From: Octopus vulgaris
Taxonomy: Eukaryota
NCBI GenBank assembly: GCA_951406725.2
Contig: OX597838.1
Location: forward strand, 28,024,001 to 28,088,000
Direction: 5' to 3'
Length of the DNA stretch: 64,000 bases
Shown: positions 1 through 12,624 of the stretch, piece after piece
How positions within the stretch are numbered: position 1 is the stretch's first letter
Layout: the number at the start of each line of letters is the position of its first letter
Translations under genes and position numbers: made by a program
The notes under the pieces: model-generated
Told to the model about the DNA's origin: nothing
The model's input: the letters and a program-made list of their open reading frames with translations, nothing else
Databases searched by the model: none

Positions 1-135
1 CCGGGACTTATTCTTTGTAAGCCCAGTACTTATTCTATCGGTCTCTTTTGCCGAACCGCTAAGTAATGGGGACATAAATACACCAGCATCGGTTGTCAAG
101 CAATGCTAGGGGGACAAACACAGACACACAAACAC

Positions 136-188
<53 letters not shown>

Positions 189-363
189 TACATATATACG
201 ACAGGCTTCTTTCAGTTTCCGTCTACCAAATCCACTCACAAGGCTTTGGTCGGCCCGAGGCTATAGTAGAAGACACTTGCCCAAGGTGCCATGCAGTGGG
301 ACTGAACCCGGAACCATGTGGTTGGTAAGCAAGCTACTTACCACACAGCCACTCCTGCGCCTA
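1..363 (-). mobile_element. tRNA-derived SINE family A (~420 bp, internal (TA)n/(TG)n), cut by window edge
   Basis: Reverse complement of the family head AGGCGCAGGAGTGGCTGTGTGGTAAG...GGTTCAGTCCC (Pol III A/B-box-like) followed by ACCTTGGGCAAGT; near-identical to copies at 826, 12201, 34501, 41575. Confidence 0.9.
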
Positions 364-696
364 TTGGGTGAAGTTTTATTTGTGAAATACAGTTGTTTTG
401 AATTTGCTTCAGAATGAGGTCTAATGTTTGAGATGGTCAGTTGGAGTGGGGGCACTAGGAATGTGGCCTGGGTGTCAAGGGGATAACAGCCAGAAAATGT
501 TTGGGAATCTCTGATTTAAAGGTACTGCAAAGCTCAGAACTGGACTCTATCTAGCATTGATGATTTGTAACTTTGGGCAATAGTAACATGTCAAAGGCTG
601 TTCAAGATGTCTTTATTGTCTTAAAGGCTCTTAGGTTGGCAGATTGGCAGAATTGGTAGAGCGTCAGACAAAATATCTTGTATCTGTTCCTGCTGT

Positions 697-1300
697 TAAC
701 CCTTTAGCATTTAAACTGGCCTATCCAGTCCAAGTTTTCTATCTGTTTCATTCTTAAACCAGCCAGATTCAAACTTTCATGTGTACCCTACAGTGTTATT
801 CTAAAAATGAGCAACTGCAACATTATAGGCACAGGAGTGGCTGTGTGGTAAGTAGCTTGCTTACCAACCACATGGTTCTGGTTTCAGTCCCACTGCGTGG
901 CACCTTGGGCAAGTGTCGTCTACTATAGCCTCGGGCCGACCAAAGCCTTGTGAGTGGATTTGGTAGACGGAAACTGAAAGAAGCCCATCGTATATATGTA
1001 TATATATATATATATATATGTGCGTATATGTTTGTGTGTCTGTTTGTCCCCCTAGCATTGCTTGACAACCGATGGTGGTGTGTTTATGTCCCTGTCACTT
1101 AGCAGTTCAGCAAAAGAGACCGATAGAATAAGTACTGGGCTTACAAAGAATAAGTCCCGGGGTCGAGTTGCTCGATTAAAGGCGGTGCTCCAATATGGCC
1201 GCAGTCAAATGACTGAAACAAGTAAAAGAGTAAAAAGAGAATTGGAAAAACTGAAGCTACAAAATAATGTGCGAATACATAATAATCAGTGAATATTTAA
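697..1300 (+). mobile_element. TTAA-flanked MITE (piggyBac-like non-autonomous element), interrupted by a SINE
   Basis: Starts TTAACCCTTTAGCATTTAAACTGGCC as in copies at 3485 and 60142; SINE A occupies 826-1240 and MITE-like sequence (GAAGCTACAAAATAATG) resumes after it. Confidence 0.6.
826..1240 (+). mobile_element. SINE family A, full length
   Basis: tRNA-like head, internal microsatellite, tail ...GCAGTCAAATGACTGAAACAAGTAAAAGAGTAAAA. Confidence 0.92.
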
Positions 1301-2668
1301 CGAGCATCTATATGCAAATTATTTGCTCAAGTAATTAAAACAAATATTTAAATTGACAGACACATTTAGTGTCTGTCAATTAATGATCTGAAAAAGATTT
1401 AAACAAGAAAACAAACTTCACAAAATGAACAGTATCCACTTTACGAGGCTGGTGTTTGCTGCTGTTGATGGAAACGGCTTTATAGACAAGAGAGGAATAA
1501 ATAAAATATGAAGATACAGTTATGTTTGTTTTGCTATTTTCAAGAACATCATAATGTAGACATGTACAATTCTAATCTCTTGTGTTGTAGTACTTGGAAT
1601 GGTTCCAATATTTTCTAGTTTCAGAAGCTTGTTGCTTTATGCCTCAAGGTCACTACAGCATCTTTTCACCGAGTTAATCATGAACCCTGAAAATTTCTTC
1701 AGATCTTGAGTGACAGCTACACTATCTTACCTTCTTGCTCTGTGTGTGTGTCTGTCTGTCTGTTTGTCTCTCATACACACATATATATATATATGATGAA
1801 ATATTGTATCAACCAGATTATTGGATGTGGCTATACACTGCTAGTCACAATGTGCTTTCTTGCATTATTGTAACTTTCGAAGGATACCCCGCTGCTGGCT
1901 AGACAGGCAGGCCAATATTCCCCCTGGACGGGTTGCCAGTCCATCACAGGGTTACCTATTTACAACTGAGTGGACTGGAGTAATGTGAAACTAAATGTTT
2001 TTCTCATGAGCACAACACACTGCCAGCCTGTGAATCAATACCATAATCATGCAGTCACGAGTCCAATGACTTATTAGGTCAAGTACCTTCACAATGAGGA
2101 GTTAATATTTATCTTTATATGTATTTAAGCTGGTATCTCTAGCTCTATGGGTGTGCTGTCCTAAATATTTTTTTTCTCTTTTTTTTTTGCAAAGGTGTCA
2201 AGGATATCTATATAAAGATTGTAGGGTCTTTCTAATTCTAAAGATATAAGTCTTTATTCTGAAAAATGTTTGGGCCTTCTGAAGTAGTTAGGGTCCTATT
2301 TTAAAGGTGCAATGGTCTTTTTCCTAAGGTATAAATCTTCACTGTAAATGTCCTGGAAGTTAATTGAAGCGATTGGACTTTGAGATTGCATGGTTCAGCT
2401 GGCAACATAGAAGCTTCCGTGCTGTCTTGCAAGAGTATTTATACCTGTAAAGGGGATGAAAGGTAACTTCACTTGGAGGATGTTGAAAATCCCATTTCTA
2501 GAGTGGAGGACTGAGTTGAAAGTATTTTGATGAGAACTCATTTTTTGTTTTTCTCTTGCATACATTGATCTGTGGAAATTTAAATGGACATTAACCACAT
2601 CAAAATCTAACCAGCTTGGGAACATCTGTTGCAAAGATCATAGGCATAATCTCCTCCTGCTCCAATTA

Positions 2669-2707
<39 letters not shown>

Positions 2708-2708
<1 letters not shown>

Positions 2709-3087
2709 TAGCAGCATCGCCTGACGTTGCTCGGGTTTGTTTCAACCCTTTAGAATTGGAATTTTTGAAAAGTAAAAATTTTGCATTATGTAGCTTGTTA
2801 TTCTCTTTAAGTGAACATTTTTCTGGTTGAAATACACTGAAAAATGGCGACACAGCAGTAAAAAAATCGTAAAAAATAGGGATTTTCATAGAAAAAAAAA
2901 GCACCTTTTTGATGTAAAAAGTTTTTGGTGTTAACATGGTCCGATTTGAATTTTATCTTCTACGGAATGAAGAGTATCATACTCTCAATTTTGGTCAACT
3001 TGCACTGGAGGGTCTCTGAGGAGATAGTGTTAGTTGAAGGCTATCAAACCTGCCACACACAGACAACTTCAGCTTTATATATAAAGA
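2708..3087 (-). mobile_element. Non-autonomous Helitron-like element
   Basis: On the minus strand it begins A|TCTTTATATATAAAG and ends CCCGAGCAACGTCAGG...CTAG|T: 5' TC, subterminal hairpin, 3' CTAG, A/T insertion site. Second copy at 31911-32305. Confidence 0.75.
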
Positions 3088-3484
3088 TATATATATTGAG
3101 TGGGTGGGTGTTTGAGTGTCAGCATGTTTGTATGCTTAAGCAGTTTGCTTCAGAGATCTTGGTCAGCTCAAGTGCCGTGAGGAATGAAGAATTGGAAAGA
3201 ATATTACAAGCTCTTGATTTTCATCTGAGAAAGAGAAATAATCATATTGCATCATCATCATCATCAGCTAGTCTTTTGACTAAATAGATGAAAACATTTC
3301 CAAAGATAGGTGATGTTTTCATCTGTTTTATCAATTGCTGATATTGATCTGTAGTTGATAATCTTTTGTAAATGTCGAAACAGAAAGATAAAATGGTGCC
3401 AGATTGTGAATAACTTCCCATATATGCATATTGTAAGGAATCTACATTGAGTGCCATTGCGTAAACTTAAGTATACCATGTGTT

Positions 3485-3855
3485 TTAACCCTGTAGCATT
3501 TAAACTGACTACGTCCATTTGAAATATTCTGCATGTTTTGTGTTCAAACTGGCCAGATCTGATGTCTCCCATCTACCCTATAATGTCATTCTAAAAATAA
3601 ATAATCACTTCATTGATATATTGAAGCTTACAAGATAATGCTAGATTAATTAAAAACAATGTGAATAAATAGAGAGGGAAGCTGGTATGCATGGGCAACT
3701 GCTGGTCTTCCATAAACAACCTTGCCCAGACTTGTGTTTTGGAGGGAAACTTTCTGGGTGCATGACCAAAGGGATTTTTTACCCTTCAAAATATTGGGGA
3801 TATATAAGCATAGCATTATATTTGACAGAATAATTTGACTGCTGAAAAGGTTAAA
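3485..3855 (+). mobile_element. TTAA-flanked MITE with an inserted SINE-tail fragment (~3670-3790)
   Basis: TTAACCCTGTAGCATTTAAA ... GCTGAAAAGGTTAA termini; the internal piece matches the minus strand of 29360-29540. Confidence 0.6.
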
Positions 3856-4849
3856 GCACAAAATTTATGGAAGGTTTAACTGCACATATAGGACCCAGGG
3901 TAACTTGTTTTATGATATTTATTTTTGTTTTTTAAACAAACTTCTTATATACCATCAAATAATATATCTACTTGTGTTTGTTCTACTGAAAAGACTTTCA
4001 ACTTGTTTACAGAAAAATGCTATGAGTAATTAGTGCTAAAGTTACTTGCTTGCACATCAGTACGTCATCTGGAATGTGAACCCAACATAGAAAGATAGAA
4101 CCAAAAGTGTCACACGTAATATTTGGCAACTTGGAGTTTACAAATAGATTATTTTAAGCTGAGTCTATTTGTTGTTGTATATCCTGTTGTTGTCCCTGGT
4201 CAATATTATGATGTGATCATTTTTCTGTTTTCTCTACTTCTTTATCTTGTCCATTTTTTTTCTTTTCTATGATAGTTGTCTCCTATTTCAGTGTGTAAAA
4301 ACCCCATAAATAAAATTAATGTCACAGCTATTCTACACATTTTCTTTCTGTTTGTTTGTTTGTTTGTTTGTTTGTTTGTGTGTTTCCCTTCTTCTGAAGT
4401 TTGGTTGACTGACTCGATTAATTGATCAGTTAGGATTTCCATTTATTTTTTATTAATCAAACAAAAATTATTCGACCAACGAAGCCATTAATGGAAACCG
4501 AGAGCTGTGTGTGTGTGTATCTATACTTGCTATCTCTTTAATATATCGTATTATAATTTGTAGTATAGTAGCCTTAAAAGTCATGAGTAAAACTTTGTTC
4601 TGTGTATGATGTTGTATACATGAGCAATAAACATAGCCAACCCTTACCTCTGTTGGCTTGTCCAGTGGCCCTCAAGCATTCATCTGGTGGCCCCTAATGG
4701 GTCCCCCCTTCCTATAAATATAATAAATTCTTCTGTAATTGAATTGTGTTTTATGTTTCTTTGGTGCGGGACCCCCTAGTTTTGGATCTGGACAAATATT
4801 AAAAAGGTTAAGAACCACTGCTTCTGTTTGAAGAGCAGAGGCCATTGTA

Positions 4850-5850
4850 GCAGCAGTGGAAAAGGCAGAGAGAGGAGACAGTGTATATGTTGGCCAGAGT
4901 TTGGAGTGTATTGGTAAGTGACTTCATGGAGTCTGTTGAGTTGCCTTCTTGCTTGATTGCCATCTATGCTGTCTATAAATATGTAATAGCTGTACCAGTC
5001 TGAGATTACCTGGGAGCGATACTCCTTTGTGGATCTCACCTGAGCTTTGAATTGGGTTTGTAGTTGTTTGTGTATGTGTGGGGGGATGTATTATTATTTT
5101 TTTTAGCTCTATAAAGGAAGATCAGTCATTGTGATGTTATATCTGTTGTGTCAAGGATGGTGCATTCTCCAGGAAGGATCTTCAATAATGGTTGTGGTCT
5201 GGTATTTGTTGCAACCCTAAGGGTTCTAGTTGTTGCCTGTTCATGTTGTTGTAGTGGTATAGGATAATGTTTGTTTTATGTGTAGCAATTGCCTTTGGGT
5301 TGTTGATGGAGGAGACAAGAATGGCTTGGCTTCAAACAATTTGAAGGAACTTTTTTCAGTCTGTTCATGTTTTACTGGGTTAACCTCACAACCATGCTTA
5401 CTGTGCCCAGGTATGCTCCAATTAAACTACAATTGTGCTAAGAATCTTTTGTGATTTGTACATGTCCACCTGATGGACTTTGTGTGCCCTTGCAAGTGAG
5501 AGATCAGCTAAACATAGGACTGAGTGCATTCTGAAACCAAGGAAATGAAAGATAGGTAAAGGTCCTCATTTAGCATGAGGAATAGAGTGCCTACCATTTT
5601 GGGTCTTACCCTTCATTTGCGAATGAGGAAAGGAAGCATGTAGAAGAATACACAAGAAGACAGTTTGCTCTGTGTGTATTGGATGGAGGAGGAGGGTAAC
5701 ATGTGAGACAGATTAGCCCATATGTAAACTGGAGAAAATGCATTTAAAATGAAAATGATGACGATGATAATTGCTAAAGCCAACCCAAATACTGGAGATA
5801 GGTGGGTGACCTTAAGCAATGAAAACAATCTTCTTCCTCCAACAGATATT
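4850..5850 (-). pseudogene. Highly decayed LINE ORF2 remnant (possible RT C-terminus plus RNase H, I-group-like)
   Basis: Broken minus-strand peptides in the expected order: LSPVFG, IGAYLGT (TGAFRT-like), PSWRM/ILDT (PPW-like), YIFIDS (IYTDGS-like). Many stops and frameshifts; may extend to ~7560. Confidence 0.3.
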
Positions 5851-7108
5851 GCGTTTGTTAGATCAATTGATTGAACAGTGACGCAGTCTAGTGTCAACAA
5901 TGGAAATTTGACTGGTATGTCGCGTACACAATGTTGCTCGCATGTGTGCGAGCACATGCACACGCACTGCAAATCACCATGCAGTGAACCATGTAATGTA
6001 ATCCCACGCCTTTTCTCAGATTACACACATGATATGTTCTGGTTTTGTAGGTCGGTCCCGGGGGCTACAATCTTGTTCTGTTATCTCTACCCGTGTGCTG
6101 ATAGAGAAATTGGATCTAACCAACAATAACAATTGTTGTTTAATGTTGTTTAGCCCTTGGACAACTCTAATCAAGAGCCCTTAGATCAAAGGCATTATAA
6201 ATGGCAGTGCTCCAGCATGGCCACAGCTTGTGAGCTGAAACTAGATAAAATAAAAAAAAATTAAAATAAATAAAAATAGTCATGATGGGCCCCTCTTTAT
6301 TTTCCTTTAACTATTTCTGGGACTAACTATATGATCTAATATGTTCTTTCCTTGTTGTTGTTGTTTAATACCCAGTCAGCCCTGATCAGGTCAATTATGA
6401 TCAAAGGTGTTCCAGCCAAGACCATCCCATCTTTATTTTATACCTTCTACAATTACATTATATTCAATATGCCATTTGCTACTATTTTTTTTTTTACCTT
6501 TTTACAGATGGCAGGATATTATTTGAGTGATTTTTGGTTACTGTTTTCAGCAGGCTGAGTGTCCACTGTGAGGCTCCCTCATTACTTTGAGATAACAAAA
6601 TGTTTGTTAGATTTGTTTTCTTCCTTGACATCTTTCTCTGACTGATGCTGAAGCTGGATGCGTCATACTTTAAGCTTGTCTTATTCAAGAACAGCCATAA
6701 ATATTTCATAGTTCAGTTAAATCATTTCTATGTGTCGTTGACTCTGACTTCGGAGATTAGGAGAAAGGGGGAAAAAGATGGCAGTTAATTATATGAGAGC
6801 ACTAGCACAGATCTGGCTATCAGCTGAGTCCACTATGAAGAATGTCTTGCCACCTTCCTTTATCTAGGAAAGGCTTGGCAGATTTTATGTCTTGTGGCCC
6901 TGGTGAAAGGGGTTGAATAGTAGATGAGACTGAAAGGGCTGAAGACGGACACCTTCCTCTTTGGCAAGTCCTCGTCATAACTGTTTCAAGTTTCATATGA
7001 AAGGAAAATGAAGTGCTGCTATGCAGTAAATTTGTTGAAAGGATGGATGAAGAGTGGCAAGTATAGTCCGTGTGACTGGATCTCTCCAAGAATTTACCTA
7101 TAGAATGT

Positions 7109-7330
7109 AAGGCGGCAAGCTGGCAGAAACGTTAGCATGCCGGGTGAAATGCTTAGCGGTATTTCGTCTGCTGCTACGTTCTGAGTTCAAATTCCGCCGA
7201 GGTCGACTTTGCCTTTCATCCTTTTGGGGTTGATTAAATAAGTACCAGTTACGCATTGGAGTCGATATAATCGACTTAAGCCGTTTGTCTGTCCCCTCTG
7301 TGTGCAGCCCCTTGTGGGCAGTAAAGAAAT
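7109..7330 (+). mobile_element. SINE family B (MetaSINE-like central domain) with 17-bp TSD
   Basis: Head AAGGCGGCAAGCTGGCAGAAACGTTAG...GAGTTCAAATTCC; core GTCGACTTTGCCTTTCATCC...AAATAAGTACC; TSD AAGAAT(T/G)TACCTATAGA at 7088-7104 and 7331-7347. Confidence 0.88.
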
Positions 7331-7580
7331 AAGAATGTACCTATAGATTTGTGAGGGATAGTTGGGAGAGGGTGCTTCCCCTTAATGGTCAGAATGATTA
7401 TCATTTTTGTGGGGTTTCCACAAATAGTCCTCCTTTGAAGAAATTTTGTTTTGAATTTAAAAAATTTTTGTTATCCTCGTTGTCTACATTTTTCTTCATG
7501 TACTCTCCTCACCCTGTATCATCCTGTACCATCATTGATCTTTCTGTAAAACCTTATGGTTAATAAAGCATTGTTATAAT

Positions 7581-7802
7581 CAAGGCGGTGAGCTGGCAGA
7601 ATTGTTAGTGCATTGGACAAAATACTTAGTGGCATTTCTCCCAACACTTTACATTCTGAGTTCAAATCCTGTTGGAACCGACTTGGCATTTCCTCATTTA
7701 AGGGTGGATAAAATAAGTACCAGTCACATGCTGGGGGATCGATGTAATCGAGTTGCCTTCTTCCCTCAGTATTGCAGGCTTTGTTCTAAAATTAGAAGGA
7801 AT
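7581..7802 (+). mobile_element. SINE family B, older copy
   Basis: Diverged match to the 7109 copy (AAGGCGGTGAGCTGGCAGAA...AAATAAGTACCAG). Confidence 0.75.
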
Positions 7803-7970
7803 TGTTATTATAATGATAAAATCTGATTAATAAAATAAATAACAAAAATTTCTATTAATATTCTTTTCCTTTTTTAAAATAAAATTGTCTATTTGCACAA
7901 GGTCCCAAGTTAACCAGATTTCTTATGAGTGGTTTGGTGGATGAAAAGTGAAAGCAACTCTGTGTGTGCA

Positions 7971-8004
<34 letters not shown>

Positions 8005-8480
8005 TGTTTTTGTTTTCATTTCTTAGCAGAATCTTATTTTTCTTTTTATATACTTTGAGGTCTATACAAGTTTTTTTCAATATTCATTCATTTGCAATCT
8101 TTTAATTGGTTTTGTGTGTGTGCATGTATGTATATATATATATATATATGGTACTAAGAATAATATGAATGGGCACAAAGTGTATGACTACACACGTTTC
8201 CATAATGGGTTTATTCAGAGCACAAGTGTTTTGTGTAACTTGATATGTCACATTATGCAAATGTGGGTCTTCATAAAATTCCACTTCTTCAGATAAGTAC
8301 ACCTTAGAATATTTCATAGGTGACATGCTCATAAATATTTGGCTGTTGATTTGCCTTGATCTGATTTGATTCCCTTTTTTCATAATTTTTACTGTGTGTA
8401 TGTATGTGTGTGTGTGAGTGTATATTATATTATATTTAAAACAGTTTGGTTTCGTTTTGTGCTGGTTTAAGTTTTGCAAG

Positions 8481-8694
8481 ACCCTAACGGGAGACCAACT
8501 CCTTCAGACTTCTGGAATGCCAATTAGAGAGATCTAGGAAGTCCATTGCAGGCCCCTAATGGGAGACCAACTCATTCAGATTTCTGGAATGCCAAATAGA
8601 GAGATCCAGGAAGTCCAAGAGCCATCTTGGACTTCCAGGATCTCTCTATTTGGCATTCCAGAAGTCTGGAGTTGGTTTCCCAGTAGGGGCCTGC
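8481..8694. repeat. ~72-bp unit duplicated in tandem and then inverted (fold-back hairpin)
   Basis: Units at 8481-8546 and 8548-8620, loop GCCA at 8621-8624, inverted copy at 8625-8694. Confidence 0.9.
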
Positions 8695-9025
8695 GTAACT
8701 TAAAGCAGCATGGAATGGAATCAAACTGTTTTAAATCATACATGTTACTCCTAAATGTGTTGAGTGCCCTTTTCTTTTGTTTATTCATATATATATATAT
8801 GTTGTTTGCAACCTGCTTATGTGTGTTTGTTTCCCACTGCTTGATAACCAATGTTGGTTTGTTTATGTACATGTAACTTAGCAGTTCAGTGAAAGTGATT
8901 GAAGAAATAAGCACCAACCTTTAAAAAAAAACAAAAAAACAACAACCCTCCAAGGTGGTGCCCCAGCATTGCCACAGTCCATTACTGAAACAAGGAAAAG
9001 AAAAAAAGTTAAAGTAGATTGGGAT

Positions 9026-9253
9026 TTAACCATTTCGTTACCAACCCAGCTGAAACCACCTCTGGCTCTGTAGTACAAATGTCTTGTTTTCATAAGTTTT
9101 AAATTAAAATCTTCCACCAAACCTTAGTCACAGTTTATATTCCTAACACTAGCTGAATGATAACTAAGTCATTTTACTAAATTCTTTGTTATATTTAAAG
9201 TAATTGAAAGAAATAAAGAGCATCTCAAAATTAATACAGTAATGAAAGGGTTA
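9026..9253. mobile_element. TTAA-flanked MITE, second family
   Basis: TTAACCATTTCGTTAC ... GTAATGAAAGGGTTAA terminal inverted repeats with TTAA on both sides. Confidence 0.65.
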
Positions 9254-9433
9254 AGGAAGATTTGGTTGTTATTTCTAGTAAGCTGAGCAACTGTATAGAG
9301 GGTACCTCCTTTTGACCTTTTTCTACTGTAGTTAGTCCTTGTAAGTTTCTTTATAAATTTATGTCAGAATATGACTAAAACATTGCAAGTGAGAGGTATC
9401 AACAGTTTCAACTGAGCTACATCAGATGTTCAT

Positions 9434-9470
<37 letters not shown>

Positions 9471-10635
9471 CATAGAGAGAGAGAGAGACATGGGTTTAGT
9501 TGTTTAGTTCATTGATTTATATGTTATATATCTTGATGCCTCAGTTTACATCTTTCTGCCCAATATATGAGTTGTTTACAACTAAAGGCAGGCTGACTAT
9601 CGGAGGTATGTAGTGATGGTGAGTAAATTCACTGCAGTCACCGTGGAGTGAGTGAGTAATGAGACTAGTAAAGCTACTAAACATGAAAACAGTTAGTTTT
9701 CTTCATATGATTGGGTTAATTTCCATCTGTACATACTACTAATATTGTTGGCACATATTGGCATACCAAAATATCCTGTTGCTGTTGATGTAAATTCTGA
9801 TGGGTTAACTAATTCTTCAGTGTTTATGTGTGTGGTTCACATGATAGTTATTTACACTCCCTAGTGAATTTACACACACTATATATGAGTAAAATAGTAG
9901 TTTTTCAAAGCCTTGTAACCCAATCTTGTTTGGTGTTGGCCTCTAAGATCGAGATAAATATGGATTAAATTCAAGGATATTTAAATTAGTTTCTAGTCTC
10001 TTAAGTACTTTTTTTTTGTTTTGATTTCAGTTCAACATCGTTAAATGATGAATATCGTTAAATGATGAACTTGTAATTGGTCGGGGTAGATTTTTCTACA
10101 GCTGGATGCTCTTGCTGTCACCAATCTTTGCTTGTTTTTAATCAAAGTATTATTTCCCCATGGCCATACGTGTCTTTCGCAGATGACCTGAAACGAACAC
10201 CACTTGTATGGTGGTGATGCTCATTTACAACCATCACATGATGTCAAGATGAGGCTACACACATACATGATGGGTTAGTTTCAGCCTCTGTCCACCAAGT
10301 CTGCTCATAAGGCTTTGGTTGGCCCAAAGTTGAGGAAACTTGCCTAAATGCTGTTGCCTCACAGCCTTGTAACCTAATCTATTTAAGTAAGTGTTGGGTC
10401 TCTAACATCAAGTGAGAGATGGTTTAAATTCAGTGAAATATTTAAATTTGGTTTTCAGTTAATTAAATGATTTTTGTCTTGAATTCATTTAGAGTTGATA
10501 AGAAGTTTATTTCCTAAGCACATAGTTTTGGTGTCAGGGGCCTTGGGTAAATGTCTTTTATACTGTAACACTGGGCTGACCAAAGCCTTGTGAGTTGATT
10601 TGGTAGATGGAAACTGAAAGAAACCTGTCGTGTGT

Positions 10636-10669
<34 letters not shown>

Positions 10670-10754
10670 GAGGTAATGGTGTCATTGAGACCTCTTTATT
10701 TTGTATCCTATCTAAATTAAGTATAACTTAACCATCCTCTCACACTATCTCTGA

Positions 10755-10898
10755 TGTCTGTCTCTCTCTATATCAGTCTGTCTGTCTATCTCTATATCTG
10801 TCTGTCTGACTATCTCTCTATCTGTCTATCTATCTCTATATCTGTCTGTCTGTCTATCTCTATCTGTCTGTCTGTCTATTTCTATATCTGTCTGTCTG
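10755..10898. repeat. (TCTG/TCTA)n microsatellite
   Basis: Directly visible. Confidence 0.9.
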
Positions 10899-11273
10899 TA
10901 TACAAATGACTAACAAGAGAACAGGAATCACCTGATCAACTTCATTAGCTTACAGCTGTTTCTGCTGAAAGACTACTGTTCGCTCAGAGCCGAGTGTTTT
11001 TGCTCTGTCCTTCCCAAAAATTTTATCAAAATGTATGTATATTGAGTACTAACAACTGGTTATCAGTATTGCTATGCTTAAGTGAAATCCTATGTAATAC
11101 TAGTAACATGTTGTGGCTGCTGTTTTAAATCAATTATTATAAGACTACGTCCATTTACAAGATCTTCTTGATGTGTTTTGTCGAAAGTGGTCATTTGTAA
11201 TATTGGAAATGTTTTTGACTGTTCTATGGCTTATCAGAAGGAAAGGTCAACACTCTCGACCTTTGCAGACCAT

Positions 11274-11328
11274 TCAGCATCGGTGAGATCAATTATGTTT
11301 ATATTCGACCTGAACATCTGTAAGCTGA
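11274..11328 (+). ncRNA. Degenerate type I hammerhead-ribozyme relic
   Basis: TCAGC...CGGTGAG-ATCAATTAT..ATATTCGACC-TGAACATCTGTA-AGCTGA; a perfect antisense copy of the 3' half (GAAACAGCTGTAAGCT) lies at 10947-10962. Confidence 0.4.
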
Positions 11329-12200
11329 CATCTATAGGAAGAATGTAGGCAGGAAGGTGGAAGGATTGGGTGAATGGTTAGTTAGGATGAAGCCTGTGTG
11401 ATAAGATATAGAATAGATGATGAGAAGAGGTGAGAATGGTATGTGGCGGCAAGCCAGTTCAGAGAAATGGATGCTGTTTTAAGTATTCAACAACTTATTT
11501 AACCCTTTTGTTGTATTGTTGTTGAAGCACACTACCTTTGCTTCAGTCAGTTTTGAAAATGAAGAAGAATGTAGTAAAATAGCTTTATTCTTTTATGTTT
11601 TGGCCTTGAGGCTGTGGCCATGCTGGGGCGTTATTAAGTTGGTCCTTGGAGCATCAACCAACATGAAATTATGATGGTAGCTTTTAATTTAGATTGTTTA
11701 AAAATATGAAATTTCTATCAGAGTTAGGGGTGGTCACAGGTAGGTTGGTATCAAAACGGTGAAATAACTCGTGGAAATGTTTAAATTTGTGGCATCCTTC
11801 TACCTACAAAAAGTATTAAAAGTTAGACACGAGTCTAGAAATTTCAATGTGGTGGGGGTTAGAGTTGATTAAATTTTACTTTCTGCATTTGACAAAAAAA
11901 AACTTTACCAACCCTGGAAGGACGAGTTGCAAAGTTGGTTGACCCCTTCTGCCTAGCCGGGTTTGAAATATGAGTGTAAAATGGTGGCTACTGATTCTGC
12001 CATTGGGATACAAAGAATGATTTCTCGGATATAAGGTTTCAAATTTAGGGGACGGGGACTAGTGCTTTTATTCACTGACCCCCTAAAAAAAAAAAAAGCA
12101 AAATCGATCTTGGTGGGATTTGAACAGGGAATGCAAAGAGGCAAAACAAATACTTCAAGGCATTTTATCTGGTGCTCTAACAATTCTACCAATCAACCAT

Positions 12201-12418
12201 ACTTTACTCTTTTACTTGTTTCAGTCATTTGACTGCGGCCATGCTGGAGCACCACCTTTAATCGAGCAACTCGAACCCGGGACTTATTCTTTTGTAAGCC
12301 CAGTACTTATTCTATCGGTCTCTTTTGCCGAACCGCTAAGTAACTGAGACATAAACACACCAGCATCGGTTGTCAAGCAATGCTAGGGGGACAAACACAG
12401 ACACACAAACACACCACA

Positions 12419-12458
<40 letters not shown>

Positions 12459-12624
12459 TACGACGGGCTTCTTTCAGTTTCCGTCTACCAAATCCACTCA
12501 CAAGGCTTTGGTTGGCCCGAGGCTATAGTAGAAGACACTTGCCCAAGGTACCACGCAGTGGGACTGAACCCGGAACCATGTGGTTGGTAAACAAGCTACT
12601 TACCACACAGCCACTCCTGCGCCT
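12201..12624 (-). mobile_element. SINE family A, full length
   Basis: Same head and tail as the 826 copy. Confidence 0.92.

Noticed and set aside
103-417. Recurrent ORF ...RLPNPLTRLWSARGYSRRHLPKVP...
   Set aside because: Antisense reading of SINE family A, repeated at each copy.
1643-1710. Imperfect hairpin resembling a pre-miRNA
   Set aside because: Large internal loops and short stems; compatible with chance.
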